NCBI GenBank assembly: GCA_950072105.1
Contig: CATMOE010000016.1
Span: 1-57,485, forward strand
From: an uncultured Dehalococcoidia bacterium
Lineage (GTDB): Bacteria > Chloroflexota > Dehalococcoidia > Lucifugimonadales > UBA3495
Direction: 5' to 3'
Length of the DNA stretch: 57,485 nt
Below the pieces are notes generated by a model that was given only the letters and a program-made list of their open reading frames with translations, was not told the DNA's origin and did no database searches. The stretch's first letter is position 1. Each line of letters begins with the position of its first letter. Positions 37,318-48,200 of this stretch are shown here, in pieces. Both the position numbers and the translations under genes were made by a program.

Positions 37318-40300
37318 TTACTCCCAGTCACCTCGTTTTTGAGGGGAATTCTTTCGGTGCCTGCCCCTACGCCAGGCTCCAGTCAATCCCAGCGCCAGCG
37401 GCAGCATGAGCAAGCCGATCTGTCCGCCAAAAACTGAACCGCTTGGAGACCCCCCACACAGCCCCCGCACCTGCTCTTGTACTATGTCGATCAATGGGAC
37501 TGGAGTGGGTTCCGCAGCAGCGGGCGGCGTGGATTCAACCTTGGGGGCTTCCTCGGTTACCGGGGGCTTGACGTCCGGGGTTTCCTTCCCTACTACCGTT
37601 AGCACTGTTTCCTCGGTTTTCCTCCTGATCAACGATTTGAACCCGCCCAGCGCGTCAGGATTGTTCCAATACTCCCCTCGGATGATGAACTTCTCCCCCG
37701 CCTTGGCAGACTCGGGTATTCGGACTTTGTAGGTGAAGGGCCGGTTGGGCTGCTCCGTGAGGAAGGTAGTGCCTTCGGGGTTGAAAGCCGCCGAGTAAGA
37801 ACCGGTGTATTCCAGATCGCCGATGTCCTCTTTTAAACCAAAGTAGTGGGCGTCGAAGCCCGATGGCTGAATGCTGACGTCCACGATATCGCCCGGGGCA
37901 AGGCTGGTTGTCCTCACTTGCCGCTGCACGTTTGTGTTGGGGGGCTTAGGGTCAATCGTGGTGTTTGCGGCAGTGAAATGGAGCAGAAGATGCTCGCGAG
38001 GTTCAAGATCCGAATTGACAGTGCCGCTGGCCAGGTCGACGATCAACCGTGGTTGGCCGTCTTGGGTGAGCGCTAGGGCAGGCTCCTTAGCCTTTTTCGT
38101 CCAGGACACGGTGGCCAGGTAGGAGCCCCGCCCGTCATCCTTTATTTCGCCTTCAATCCGAACGTCTCCCCTGGTAGACAACTCGAAGGACCCAACGCGC
38201 CCAGGACCCAGCAAGTTACCCAAGCTATCCTGGGGGACAAAGGTGATTATGGTGCCTGTCCTTCCCTCCCCAAAATTCGCAGACGTGGTTCCGATGTTTT
38301 TTATATCCGTTTTAGTGGCCTTGGGGTCGATATTCACCGCTACGTAAACCGAATGGTTTGCCTCGCGAGTGAATGTTTGTCCGCCCTCCGAAATGATGAA
38401 CTTAAAGTTGTACCTGTACATCCCTTCGATCTTGCCAAGGCTGGGAAGCTGGGTACTCCAGTAATGGTTGTTCGCAAAACGGTCGCCATGGGTACCGTCA
38501 TCGTATAGGGGGAATTTCTCAGTCACGGTGGGCACCAAATCTCCCTGAGACCTCTTGGCAAGCTGGAGAAGTCTGGCGGCTCGCGGGTCGACGGCATCGC
38601 CCTTAATCGTTGTGCCATCGCCCAACCCAGCCTTGGCAAGAAGATTGCCTGTGCCGACAAGGGGACGAGTAATTGTGACAATCGCCTCAACCTTATCAAA
38701 TTCGTCCAACGGCCGATAAGGCGCTGTGATCCTCACCACCGGCCAGAGCGGCTGACCAGTATAGTGATTGAATCTCAGGTTTGTCGGCGACAGTTGCCCT
38801 GCCCCTGCTACCATACCGGCGATAAAGAAGCTTTGGTCCCGTCCGGGAGGGTCGACGCGAACCGCTTGGGCCTTCCACTGGCCAATGGCGTCACCCCGGT
38901 AGGGTAGCGGAACCCGAACAAAGAGCCACGACGACCCGGCGGAACGCTCGATAGATGGGTCAGTCTGATCTAGCACAGCTCCCGACGGGGTGGTTATTTT
39001 CAATTCCAACGGGGCTTGCCCTGTTCCCAGGCCAGGACGAAAGTGATTTTGGTATCCAGAGCCGATGAGATGATTACAGGGCTGGACTCTGCTTTTCCGG
39101 CGGGTAGTACCTCTATCGGGTCCACGGCAAGGAACTCGTCGAATATGTCAGAGAAGCAGTCTAGGAAGAATTTTTTTAGCTGGAGTTCCCCGGCGCCGGC
39201 GATGAAAATGCCGCCTTGGAGTTCAGCCAAGTCCCTCAGGACTATTTCGTCCAGGCTGGTTGAGGCGTCGCCAAAGCCAACGGCGCAAATCTGCGTCTGG
39301 TCAAAAGCCCCGGTAGCGATGTCGGCGCCGGCCCCATTACAGCCATTGCCGGTGCCATCCAGGCACGGTGGGCGGTTTTCCTTGCCGTCGGTCAACAGCA
39401 AGATCGCCTGCCGTTCGTTGTTTCCTTGGGTCGTCAAGTGATTGTGAGCTTCCAGCAGTCCATCGCCAATTGCAGTGGCGCCGCTCGCATTGACGCCAGC
39501 GAGGGCGGCTTGCACCGCGGCTAAGGCGGCGTTGGCGGGTGTGAGAGCCAGGTCGGGGGGAGAAGTAGCTGTGGTGGAAAATGAGACCAAGCCTACGTTA
39601 TGCCCCTGGCCGTTCTCCACAAGCTCGGTAAACATCTCGGCGGCAGATTTGGCTGCGTCCATCTTGGCAATGGGACTTCCGGAGCTTGAGGCGCCGGTCA
39701 TGCTGCCCGAGCGGTCTAGGACAATCATGATGTCGGAGGGCTATAGCTGTTGCCAATCGGAATGGACGTCGTCCAGCGCTTTGTGAGCCCTCCAGAACAT
39801 CGAGTCTCTGGGCGAAGTCCGCGGTGGGCCCGCGTCATTGCACCTATTGCTATTTGAATCGAAGGCGCCGCTGATTCCATTATGGAAGGACCCGTGCCAC
39901 AATACCTCAAGGGAGTTCCCCAAGTCGTCGGCACTAGCGAAATTGTCTAGCGTGCCTATGGGAGGCGCCCGGAACTGGTTCGGTAGTACGCTGCATCCGG
40001 GACAGGGGGTGTACGTCGCCGGATCTACGCCGTCACCGGATCGTCCTGTTCCCACCAGACAGACTCCTCCTGCAATGGCCCCTGCGGTGGCATTTGATAC
40101 GCCAGCGCCCGGAAACCCTAGTTGAGGATTGCCCGGAATGCCCCAGGGCATGGGATTGTAGTTGGGGCCTAACGGAAAGTCGTTGGCGTCCCACGTCTCG
40201 ATGCGGTTGAGCAACGCCGCCGAGTCCCGAAACAGGTCGAAATCGTTAATCATCTGCTTGTGCATGGCTAGGAACGCCAACCCATAACCCGGGTCGCCGA

Positions 40301-40627
40301 CGTCTGGTCCCGATCCTACGCCACCCGCAGCGCCCAGCCAACCGTTGATACAGTGCCAGTTTGCGTGTTCATCGATAATCATCTGGGTGCTGGGAGTTGC
40401 GGCTGCAGCCCCACTGGGCGGAATATAAGAACATTCCCAAGTCTGGGGATTGATAGCAAAGGAATTATCCACATATCGCCAGCAATATTCAGCGAAAACC
40501 GCTCCGCCGCCTATCCCTAGAACAACTCCCACGGTGAGGATGAACCAACGGAGCCGATTCTTTACAGCCGATTCTTTACAAAGGAGCCCGCCGCATTTGG
40601 AGACCTACCGCTAAAGCCAATATTCAT
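37318..40627 (-). pseudogene. Secreted tyrosinase-like (type-3 copper) + vWA multidomain protein with C-terminal membrane anchor; three lesions
   Basis: ATG 40627 after GGAGG; 14-bp tandem duplication 40553-40580; in-frame TAG 39741-39743; 1-bp loss near 39011. Motifs HANWH..FLAMHK, WHGSFHN..SPRDSMFWRAH, DRSGS MIDAS, LLTDG, LYDDGTHGD, CG-TM-RR tail. Confidence 0.85.
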
Positions 40628-40817
40628 CTTAGGAACCCTCCGTCTTCTTCGAATCAACCATACCAGATACGGTGTTTGCAACACAACGTCAGACGCCTGC
40701 ATGTGTTGCATCTCATCGAGGCCAGGATGTCGATGAGTCTGGTGAAACGCCTAGTGTTTATTTAATTTCAGTATCAAATCTCCAATCCGGCTAACGATCC
40801 GTCCGGAAACTTCAGGC

Positions 40818-41579
40818 TCAGAAAAACGCGGTGCCGCCGTTGGCGTGGATGGACTGGCCGGTGATGAAGCCGCCGTCGTCGCTAACCAGGAACATGACCG
40901 TCGCCGCAATCTCATCCACCATGCCCTGCCGGCCCAAGGGTATGTGGGACGCGTCCGGGGGGCGGCTCTGGGGATACCACTGGGGATTCTCCCGCGAAGT
41001 GTCAATGCTGCCCGGTGAGACTACGTTGACCCGTATGTTCTTCGGGGCGAACTCGGTGGCCAGACTTCGGCACATGCCCACCAAGCCCATCTTTGCGGCG
41101 GAAACGTGGGCCCGCTCCGCCGGACCCTGGAAAGCCCCGTCACCGGTGAAGAAGATGATGCGTCCGTATTCGTTCTTTACCATGGAAGGCATCACGGCGC
41201 TGGTGCAATAGAAAGCGCCGTCCAGCACCACTCCCCGTACACTTTCCCAGTCCTCAAGCGTAACTTCCAGGAAGGGCTTATGGGGACGGATGGCCGCGTT
41301 GTTGATCAAGATGTCAATCTTGCCGAACTCGGCCATAGCCTTGGCCACCATGCTGTCTACCTGCTCTTTGCTGGCTACGTCGGCCAGGATGGGCAGTGCT
41401 TTGACTCCTAGGGCGCGGGCCTCTTCGGCTACCGCCTCGGCTTCTTCCTGATTGGAACGGGCGTTAACCACCACATCGGCGCCCTCTCCAGCCAATTTCA
41501 AAACCGTAGCCCGGCCGATGTTACGGCCCGAGCCGGTTACCAATGCTACTTTGCCATCCAGTTTACCCAAGGGTCCCAC
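40818..41579 (-). CDS. SDR family oxidoreductase
   Basis: TGSGRNIG, INNAA, RVNVVSPG, GQSIHANGG; canonical YxxxK appears as VSAAK. Confidence 0.93.
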   Translation of the reverse strand: MGPLGKLDGKVALVTGSGRNIGRATVLKLAGEGADVVVNARSNQEEAEAVAEEARALGVKALPILADVASKEQVDSMVAKAMAEFGKIDILINNAAIRPHKPFLEVTLEDWESVRGVVLDGAFYCTSAVMPSMVKNEYGRIIFFTGDGAFQGPAERAHVSAAKMGLVGMCRSLATEFAPKNIRVNVVSPGSIDTSRENPQWYPQSRPPDASHIPLGRQGMVDEIAATVMFLVSDDGGFITGQSIHANGGTAFF

Positions 41580-41801
41580 CTCCTGAGGATGCGAGAGTTT
41601 TGATCTAAAAAAACCGCAGTTACAAATCGCTATTCAACATTGCCAAGCGCGGGCGGATTATAGCATGGGGAGCAGTCGTGTCCGGCGACTTTCTCCGGGA
41701 TCTATGGACTGCGTAACACGATGTTCTCCAACTTGATGCGCCATACAACCGAACCGGAGCTCAGAATGGGTTCTTGGTTCGCCTTGGGTTCGCGCACAAC
41801 G

Positions 41802-41833
41802 TTGACAGTTATCCTAGCCGCCATTACACTCCC
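41802..41833 (+). promoter_or_regulatory. Sigma70-type promoter of the FtsX-ABC operon
   Basis: TTGACA-N17-TACACT. Confidence 0.65.
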
Positions 41834-41924
41834 GTTCGATAAAGTTGACGCGGAAGTTGACATGGTTGCCTACATCCGACCATATGGGTGAGTCGAAATA
41901 CTTACACCCGTCATAGCATAAGTA

Positions 41925-44900
41925 ATGGGCTGGACCACTTTACTTTACTGGCTGCTGCGAAGACGCATCCGTTCCACTTGGCCGCTCTTGGTAATCACCT
42001 CCTTCGGCATCATCAGCGCGGTCACGTTGATGGCCGTTGGAGCGGGTTACTCACGGGTATTGGCTGAAGGGGGGCTGCGTCATACCTTAGCTTCGACTTC
42101 CCCCAGGGTGCTGAACGTCCACCTGATAACCCAGAATCGTCCCATCGGGACGGCGGACTACACTCAACTCCGTTCGGCGGTGGAAGGAATCTCGGAATCT
42201 CGCCTGGGATTCATGATCCGGAGCATGGGACGCTACGGGATCGTTCGAGGATCCATCCGGTTGCGCACCGTCCCGTCGGACGGCTCTCCGCCTTTGGATG
42301 CGCCGATCGGACGTCCCTTCTTTCTCACGGGGTTCCAAGAACACTCGACCCTCGTGGCGGGCCGCTGGCCGGTGGGGCCCCCGGTGATCAGCGTCGACGG
42401 TGTTAGCATAGAGGCGGTGCTGGGAAGGACCGCGGCCCGCCAGATGGCCATCAGTGTCGGTCAACAGGTAGATCTCTACCCGTTTATCAACGACCCGAGC
42501 CAGCGGATCTCGGTCACCATTACGGGCACGGCGGACCCCATCGACCCCACCGAAGAATATTGGATGAACGGCCCGTCCTCCTACTTCATCACCCGGGACG
42601 ACGGCGGTCCGATCCTGCTCCCTATCTACGTCACCGAAGAGACATTTTTTGATGGAGTAGCAGCCAAGTACCCCTCCATGGTGGGTGACTTTACCTGGTT
42701 CCTTTTCTTGGACACGACCGTGCTTAAGTCGTCTTTGGTAGAGTCGGCCCAGGATGCTATCAAAGGGTTGGAGACGGACATCAACCGGCAGTTTCCCCGC
42801 TCTTGGATCCTTACCGGCCTGAAACCGGCGCTAAAGGAATACCGGCTGGCGCTGACCCTGGCCCGCGTGCCGATCTTTGTGTTCATCTCCCTGGTAGTCC
42901 TGGTTATAATCTACTTTCTCATCATGGTTGTGGGGATGCTGGCCCGCTCCCAAACGGACGAGTCGGGTCTTTTGCGCAGCCGGGGCGCCAGTATCTTGCA
43001 GGTCAGTGGGATCCTGGCCGTGAGCGAGGGATTCGTTGTTCTGGCCTCCATGATTGTGGGGCCGTTCTTGGCCCTGCTTATAGTACGGTTTCTCCTGGCG
43101 CCTACTGTTGATCCCGTCGGCGGAACCGGAGGAAGTATCCCCGTGGTCCTGTCAACGGATATGTTCCTGATGGGGGCCATAGGGGGTGTACTAAGCCTAA
43201 TCGTGCTGTTGACCTCCAGCTTCAACCGGGCCCGGTTGGGCATCGTTGAGTCCCTGCGGTCCCGGGCTAGGCCGCCTACTCTGCCGCTTTTGCAGCGGTA
43301 TTACATTGACATTTTGGTGTTGTTTATCTTGGGTTTCTTGCTGTGGGAGATCCGGGGACGAGAGGGATTTCTGATCCGTGACCTGGAAAGCGGGGAAGTA
43401 AAGGTAGATTTCCTGCTGCTTTTCGGCCCCGCGTTGGTGTTGGTTGTCGTGGCGGTCGTCGTGCTGCGAGTGTTGCCTTTGGTGGTCCGTCTAATGTCCT
43501 GGTCCGCCGACCGGCTTGCTCCTGCCTGGGTGTCCTTTCCACTGGCCCGGTTCGCTCGAGATCCTCTGCCCCATGGCTCGTTGGTTGTCATCCTGGCGCT
43601 GGCAGCGGCCCTGGGGGTATTCGGCGCATCGTTCCAGCCGACTTTGTCCGCAAGTCAGACCCATCAAGCTCTGTATTCCAGTGGCGGCGAGCTATCGATG
43701 TCAGGGCCTTCCTTGTCTAGTCGAGACGCCCAAACGTTGGAGGAGCATGAAGCCATCCGGACATTCAGCCCCATCGTAAGAGAGTCCGTGACAATATTGG
43801 ATGTTCTGCCGGGCGATTCGGCTACCCTTATGGCTGTGGATCCCAAAGTACTGCCGGATATCGTGTGGTTTCGGGAAGACTTTGCCGGCAAGAGCTTATC
43901 GGAGCTGATGGAGCCGCTGCGACCCGTTTTCCTCCCGTCTTCCGGATTTGGTTCTGGAATCTTGCTCCCCGGCGACACTACAAGTATCGGGGTGTGGGTT
44001 GATCTCACCGGACTGAACAGCGGGACTCTTGTTTCGGACCTGAACCTATGGACTCGGTTCTACACCAGCCAAGGAAGATTTCATAACCTGTTTCTGGGAG
44101 AAGTTTCCAAGGCCAGGACGGGGCTATCAGCCCGCAACGCAAGCGGGGCCGGACCTGGATCCGGATGGACCTACTTGGAAGAGGAAATCAATGACAACGT
44201 GAATCCGTCGGGCGAGCCTTTGCGGTTGGTTTCGTTTTATCTAAGCCGTAAATCTTTCGCCCGAACCCCGCCTGGAACCATCAGTTTGGACGATGTCACT
44301 GTCAAGAGTCCTTCCAGCCCTTCAGGAGGCTTGGTCGTAGAGGATTTCGAATCTTCCGGCAGGTGGGTGCCGCTGGTGAACCAGGGCCAAGCTCCTGATG
44401 TAGTTGAGCGCGCGACTACGGCGGCCCGGTCAGGCAACGCCGGACTTAGATTCACCTGGGAGGAAACATTCAAAGACGCGCCACGGGGTATCGTTATTCC
44501 GCCGGACCCCTTCCCAGTGCCGGCGATCGGCGGACCGGGCTTTTCCGTGGGTCAGATAGTTCGGGTCAAAGCGGGTAGAAGATTAGTCCCGGTGGTGATT
44601 CGAGGAACTACGGACTACTTTCCGACGTTAAACCCGTTAACCCGGCCCTTCTTGATCGTTCCCCTGGAGCCCTATAAACAATATGCGCGCCGGACGTCCT
44701 TGGAGAGGGTTAAGGAACCGAGCGCGTTCTGGGCGTCCTTAAAGGGCGATGTCGACCGCGTTCAGGTGGTCGCATCTCTGCAAGAGAGGATCGGCGCCTA
44801 TGTCTCCATCAAGGACCGCGACGTATTGGTGCAAACGGCACGTCGAAACCCCCTAGCCGGAGGAGGCTGGAACGGCCTAACGTTCCTGAGTATGACCGCC

Positions 44901-45287
44901 ATTACGATTGCTGTGTTGCTCACCCTTGTGATTCACTCATTGGTGGCGATCCATACCTCTAGGGTGGACCTGGCGGTTGCTCGGACTTTGGGTTTCTCCA
45001 GGCTTCAACTGGCGCTATCCCTGGCGCTTGAGCGCGGGTTGACGGCGATGTTCGGATTGGTGGTAGGTAGCGTAGTTGGAATCTGGCTAAGCGGGTGGGT
45101 TTTGGGATTCTTGGACATCGACGCCCGGGCAAGACCGATCATACCTCCGATGGTATTGGAGGTGCAAGATGGGCTGGTTGTGGGCGCCTTGGGCGGCCTG
45201 ATCGTGGCCACGTTGTTGGGGTTGTTGGTCGCGTTAGTCTTCGTTAGGCGGCTCAACGTTCCTGATGTGTTGAGGACTGGAGAATGA
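41925..45287 (+). CDS. Large FtsX/MacB-like ABC permease
   Basis: Two FtsX-type TM blocks (LLRSRGAS; ARTLGFS), GRWP motif, large extracytoplasmic domains. Confidence 0.9.
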   Translation: MGWTTLLYWLLRRRIRSTWPLLVITSFGIISAVTLMAVGAGYSRVLAEGGLRHTLASTSPRVLNVHLITQNRPIGTADYTQLRSAVEGISESRLGFMIRSMGRYGIVRGSIRLRTVPSDGSPPLDAPIGRPFFLTGFQEHSTLVAGRWPVGPPVISVDGVSIEAVLGRTAARQMAISVGQQVDLYPFINDPSQRISVTITGTADPIDPTEEYWMNGPSSYFITRDDGGPILLPIYVTEETFFDGVAAKYPSMVGDFTWFLFLDTTVLKSSLVESAQDAIKGLETDINRQFPRSWILTGLKPALKEYRLALTLARVPIFVFISLVVLVIIYFLIMVVGMLARSQTDESGLLRSRGASILQVSGILAVSEGFVVLASMIVGPFLALLIVRFLLAPTVDPVGGTGGSIPVVLSTDMFLMGAIGGVLSLIVLLTSSFNRARLGIVESLRSRARPPTLPLLQRYYIDILVLFILGFLLWEIRGREGFLIRDLESGEVKVDFLLLFGPALVLVVVAVVVLRVLPLVVRLMSWSADRLAPAWVSFPLARFARDPLPHGSLVVILALAAALGVFGASFQPTLSASQTHQALYSSGGELSMSGPSLSSRDAQTLEEHEAIRTFSPIVRESVTILDVLPGDSATLMAVDPKVLPDIVWFREDFAGKSLSELMEPLRPVFLPSSGFGSGILLPGDTTSIGVWVDLTGLNSGTLVSDLNLWTRFYTSQGRFHNLFLGEVSKARTGLSARNASGAGPGSGWTYLEEEINDNVNPSGEPLRLVSFYLSRKSFARTPPGTISLDDVTVKSPSSPSGGLVVEDFESSGRWVPLVNQGQAPDVVERATTAARSGNAGLRFTWEETFKDAPRGIVIPPDPFPVPAIGGPGFSVGQIVRVKAGRRLVPVVIRGTTDYFPTLNPLTRPFLIVPLEPYKQYARRTSLERVKEPSAFWASLKGDVDRVQVVASLQERIGAYVSIKDRDVLVQTARRNPLAGGGWNGLTFLSMTAITIAVLLTLVIHSLVAIHTSRVDLAVARTLGFSRLQLALSLALERGLTAMFGLVVGSVVGIWLSGWVLGFLDIDARARPIIPPMVLEVQDGLVVGALGGLIVATLLGLLVALVFVRRLNVPDVLRTGE

Positions 45288-48200
45288 TAGCTCTTGCACG
45301 CCTGGGATACATAATCGCCGTCCGGAGAATCATCTCCGCTTGGTGGCTGGAACTGGTCCTCTTCGCCGGCATATTGCTGGCAGTTTCCCTGTTAGCCAGC
45401 GGAGTGATTTTTTCCGACATGCTGGCCGAGGCCGCCCTGCGGCATGCTTTGACCCAAGCCTCTCCGCCGGAAGCCAACGTTTGGGTGAGGGTATTTAGCG
45501 GCCAAGACGCACCCCCCACAGTTGAAGGCCGGGCGGCCTATTACCGGGCTGGCTTGGATTTCGCTGATAAGCGGGTGTCCAGCCGGTTCGAGCCTTACAT
45601 CAATGATCAAGCCCGGCTCATCGAGACGTCGACCTTTTTCTTCCTAGGACATCCCCAGCTTGAATTGGCCAACGACATTCGGCCAAGGGGAGAAATTAAA
45701 TATATGACTGGTCTTGCTCCGAAACGAAGCAAGATTCTACGAGGGCGCTGGCCTTACACCGGACCGAATGGCGGTTCCCCAGTCCCTGGACAACCGCTGG
45801 AGGTTGCGATAGACGTCTTGGGGGCCGAATTGTTAGGGCTGGATGTTGGCGCCAGAATGGAGGCTGTGCCTGCCGCTTCTTTCCCCGACCCGCCGCCTAT
45901 CGCCGTTGATATCGTCGGTGTTTTCCAGAGAGACAATCCGGATGACGAGTTTTGGTACGGGACCAAGAAGGCCTTCAGCTACCAAGATGACAAGTGGACT
46001 ATCGTTCCTTTGTTCACCACTGAAGACGCCATTCTCCGCCAGATTTACGCTTTATATCCCACGTTGTATACCGACGTCACATGGTTCTACTATTTGGACC
46101 GTGAGGCTATCGAAGCCGGGCAGGTTGACGATATTTTAGATGTCCTCCGGTTGGTCAAATACGATGTGCGCACCCGCCTCAACAATTCCAGCACCGGCAT
46201 CAGGTTGGATAAGGTGTTGAACGACTATAAAGAGCAACTGCTCTTGGCCCGGATCCCGCTGTACCTGATCTTGTTCATGATTACCGGGATCCTTACATAT
46301 TTTCTCGCCTTGATCACCGGACTGGTGGTTAAGTCCCGGGCGGTTGAGATCGCCATGCTCAAAAGCAGGGGGGCCACTTCGTTGCAGGTGGGAGTGCTGG
46401 CTGTGATTGAAGGGCTGATATTGAGCGTTCCGGCCGCCCTTCTGGGTCCTTTACTGGCGCTGGCGGTGGTCCGGGTCCTTGGGCAAGTGTTCTTCGGCCT
46501 GGGAGGGAGCGAGGATCTGGCCACCGTGCCGGTGGTCCTCTCGTCAAATGCCTTCTTGGTGGGATTGGCGGGAGGTCTGCTGGGGGTAGTGGTGTTAACC
46601 GGCACGACCCTGATGGCGGCTCGCCAGGGAATCGTCGAGTTCCGGCAATCCGGGGCTAGACCGGCGCGGACACCCTTTGTGCATCGCTACTACCTGGATA
46701 TGCTGCTGCTGGGACTGATCTCACTTATGTGGTGGCAGATCCAGAATCGGGGCGCCTTTCTGGTACGCCCCTTGGGCAACCAAGGGTTGGAGTTAGACTA
46801 TAGCCTGCTGATAGGACCAGTGCTGCTACTATTGGCCGTTGGTCTCATAGTGATGCGGATTTTCCCCATAGGGGTGGGACTGCTGGCCCGGATCTCCGAG
46901 CCGGTTGCCCCGGCCTGGCTGGTTCAGGGACTCCGCCACGTTTCTAGAGATCCCGTAGTGCCCGGTTCCCTGGTCGTGCTGCTGATGTTCGCCACGGCAT
47001 TGGGCTTCATCGGCAGCGCCTTTTCTTCCACGTTGGAACGTAGCCAAAGAGACCGTGCCCTTTACGCCGCTGGAGCCGGACTGAGGATCGACCACGGTGG
47101 CATGTCTCGGCCAACGCCGCTTCAAGGCATATCAAAAAGAGTCATGGACGAAGGTTTGGCCGAGTGGGCGGTTGAGGTGCAACGGTCCAGCGGTCACGTG
47201 ACCACCACCGGGTTCAGCACCAGGGGAACTTTGCTGGCGGTAGAGGCAGACAATTTCGCCAAAGTAGGCTGGTACCGGCCGGATTTCGCCGGGGGCAGGA
47301 CCTTGGAGGAGCTGACCGCACTACTAGCGCCTGCCCCCCAGGATAGACCGGAAGGTATCCTGCTGCCTAAGGAGGCTACGTCTCTGACCGTATCGGTGCA
47401 ACCTAGCCGGCCCAACTCCAATCTGTCGCTACGGGCTAGGCTTAAAGATGTCCACGGCTACCACTTCGATGTACATATCGGCGATTTGGGGTTTCGAGGC
47501 TGGAAACGCTTAGAAGGCGAAATCTTGCCGCTTCTTACCCGTGGAAGTAGGTCCCAAGACAGAGAGGGCCTGATACCCATAACGCCACCGCATACGTTGC
47601 TCTCTCTTCAAATCACGGGCCGGCGGGGCATACCCGACCCCGGCGCGATGTTTTTTGGCGAGTTGGGGGTTAACGGTCCCAACGGCGCCGAGATAGTCGA
47701 CAGTTTTCACAGTCTGGATAATTGGCAGATAATCGAAGACTACTCCAGGCCGGGTCTGTACGGCCTGGAATCCAGCGAGTCGGTGGTGCTCCCGGCCTCC
47801 GTTGGTTCGGCTCGTTATAGTTGGGCTCCGGGTAGCATCGGATTGCGAGGCATCAGGCCCGGACCGCCGGAGCGGCCGCTGCCAGCCTTGGTGAGCCAGC
47901 CTTTCTTGGACTTGGCCGATGCGGAAGTGGGCGATGTACGAACCGTGGGCCTGTCGACTTTCTCCCTGCCGGTGGAGATTAAAGCTGTAGTAGACTACTT
48001 TCCCACGCTTGACCCGTCGGAGCGGCCCTTTGTGGTGGTGGACCTGGCAACTTTCATCCGCCAATCTAACTTGCACAGCCCCAGGCCCACCGGTGGCTCC
48101 AACGAATTGTGGGTGAATCCAGGCGCGTCCGGCGGGGACGGCAGTGCGATAGTCGATTCCTTGGACAATAATGGGGTGCGAACCAGAAAAACCCTCGTAG

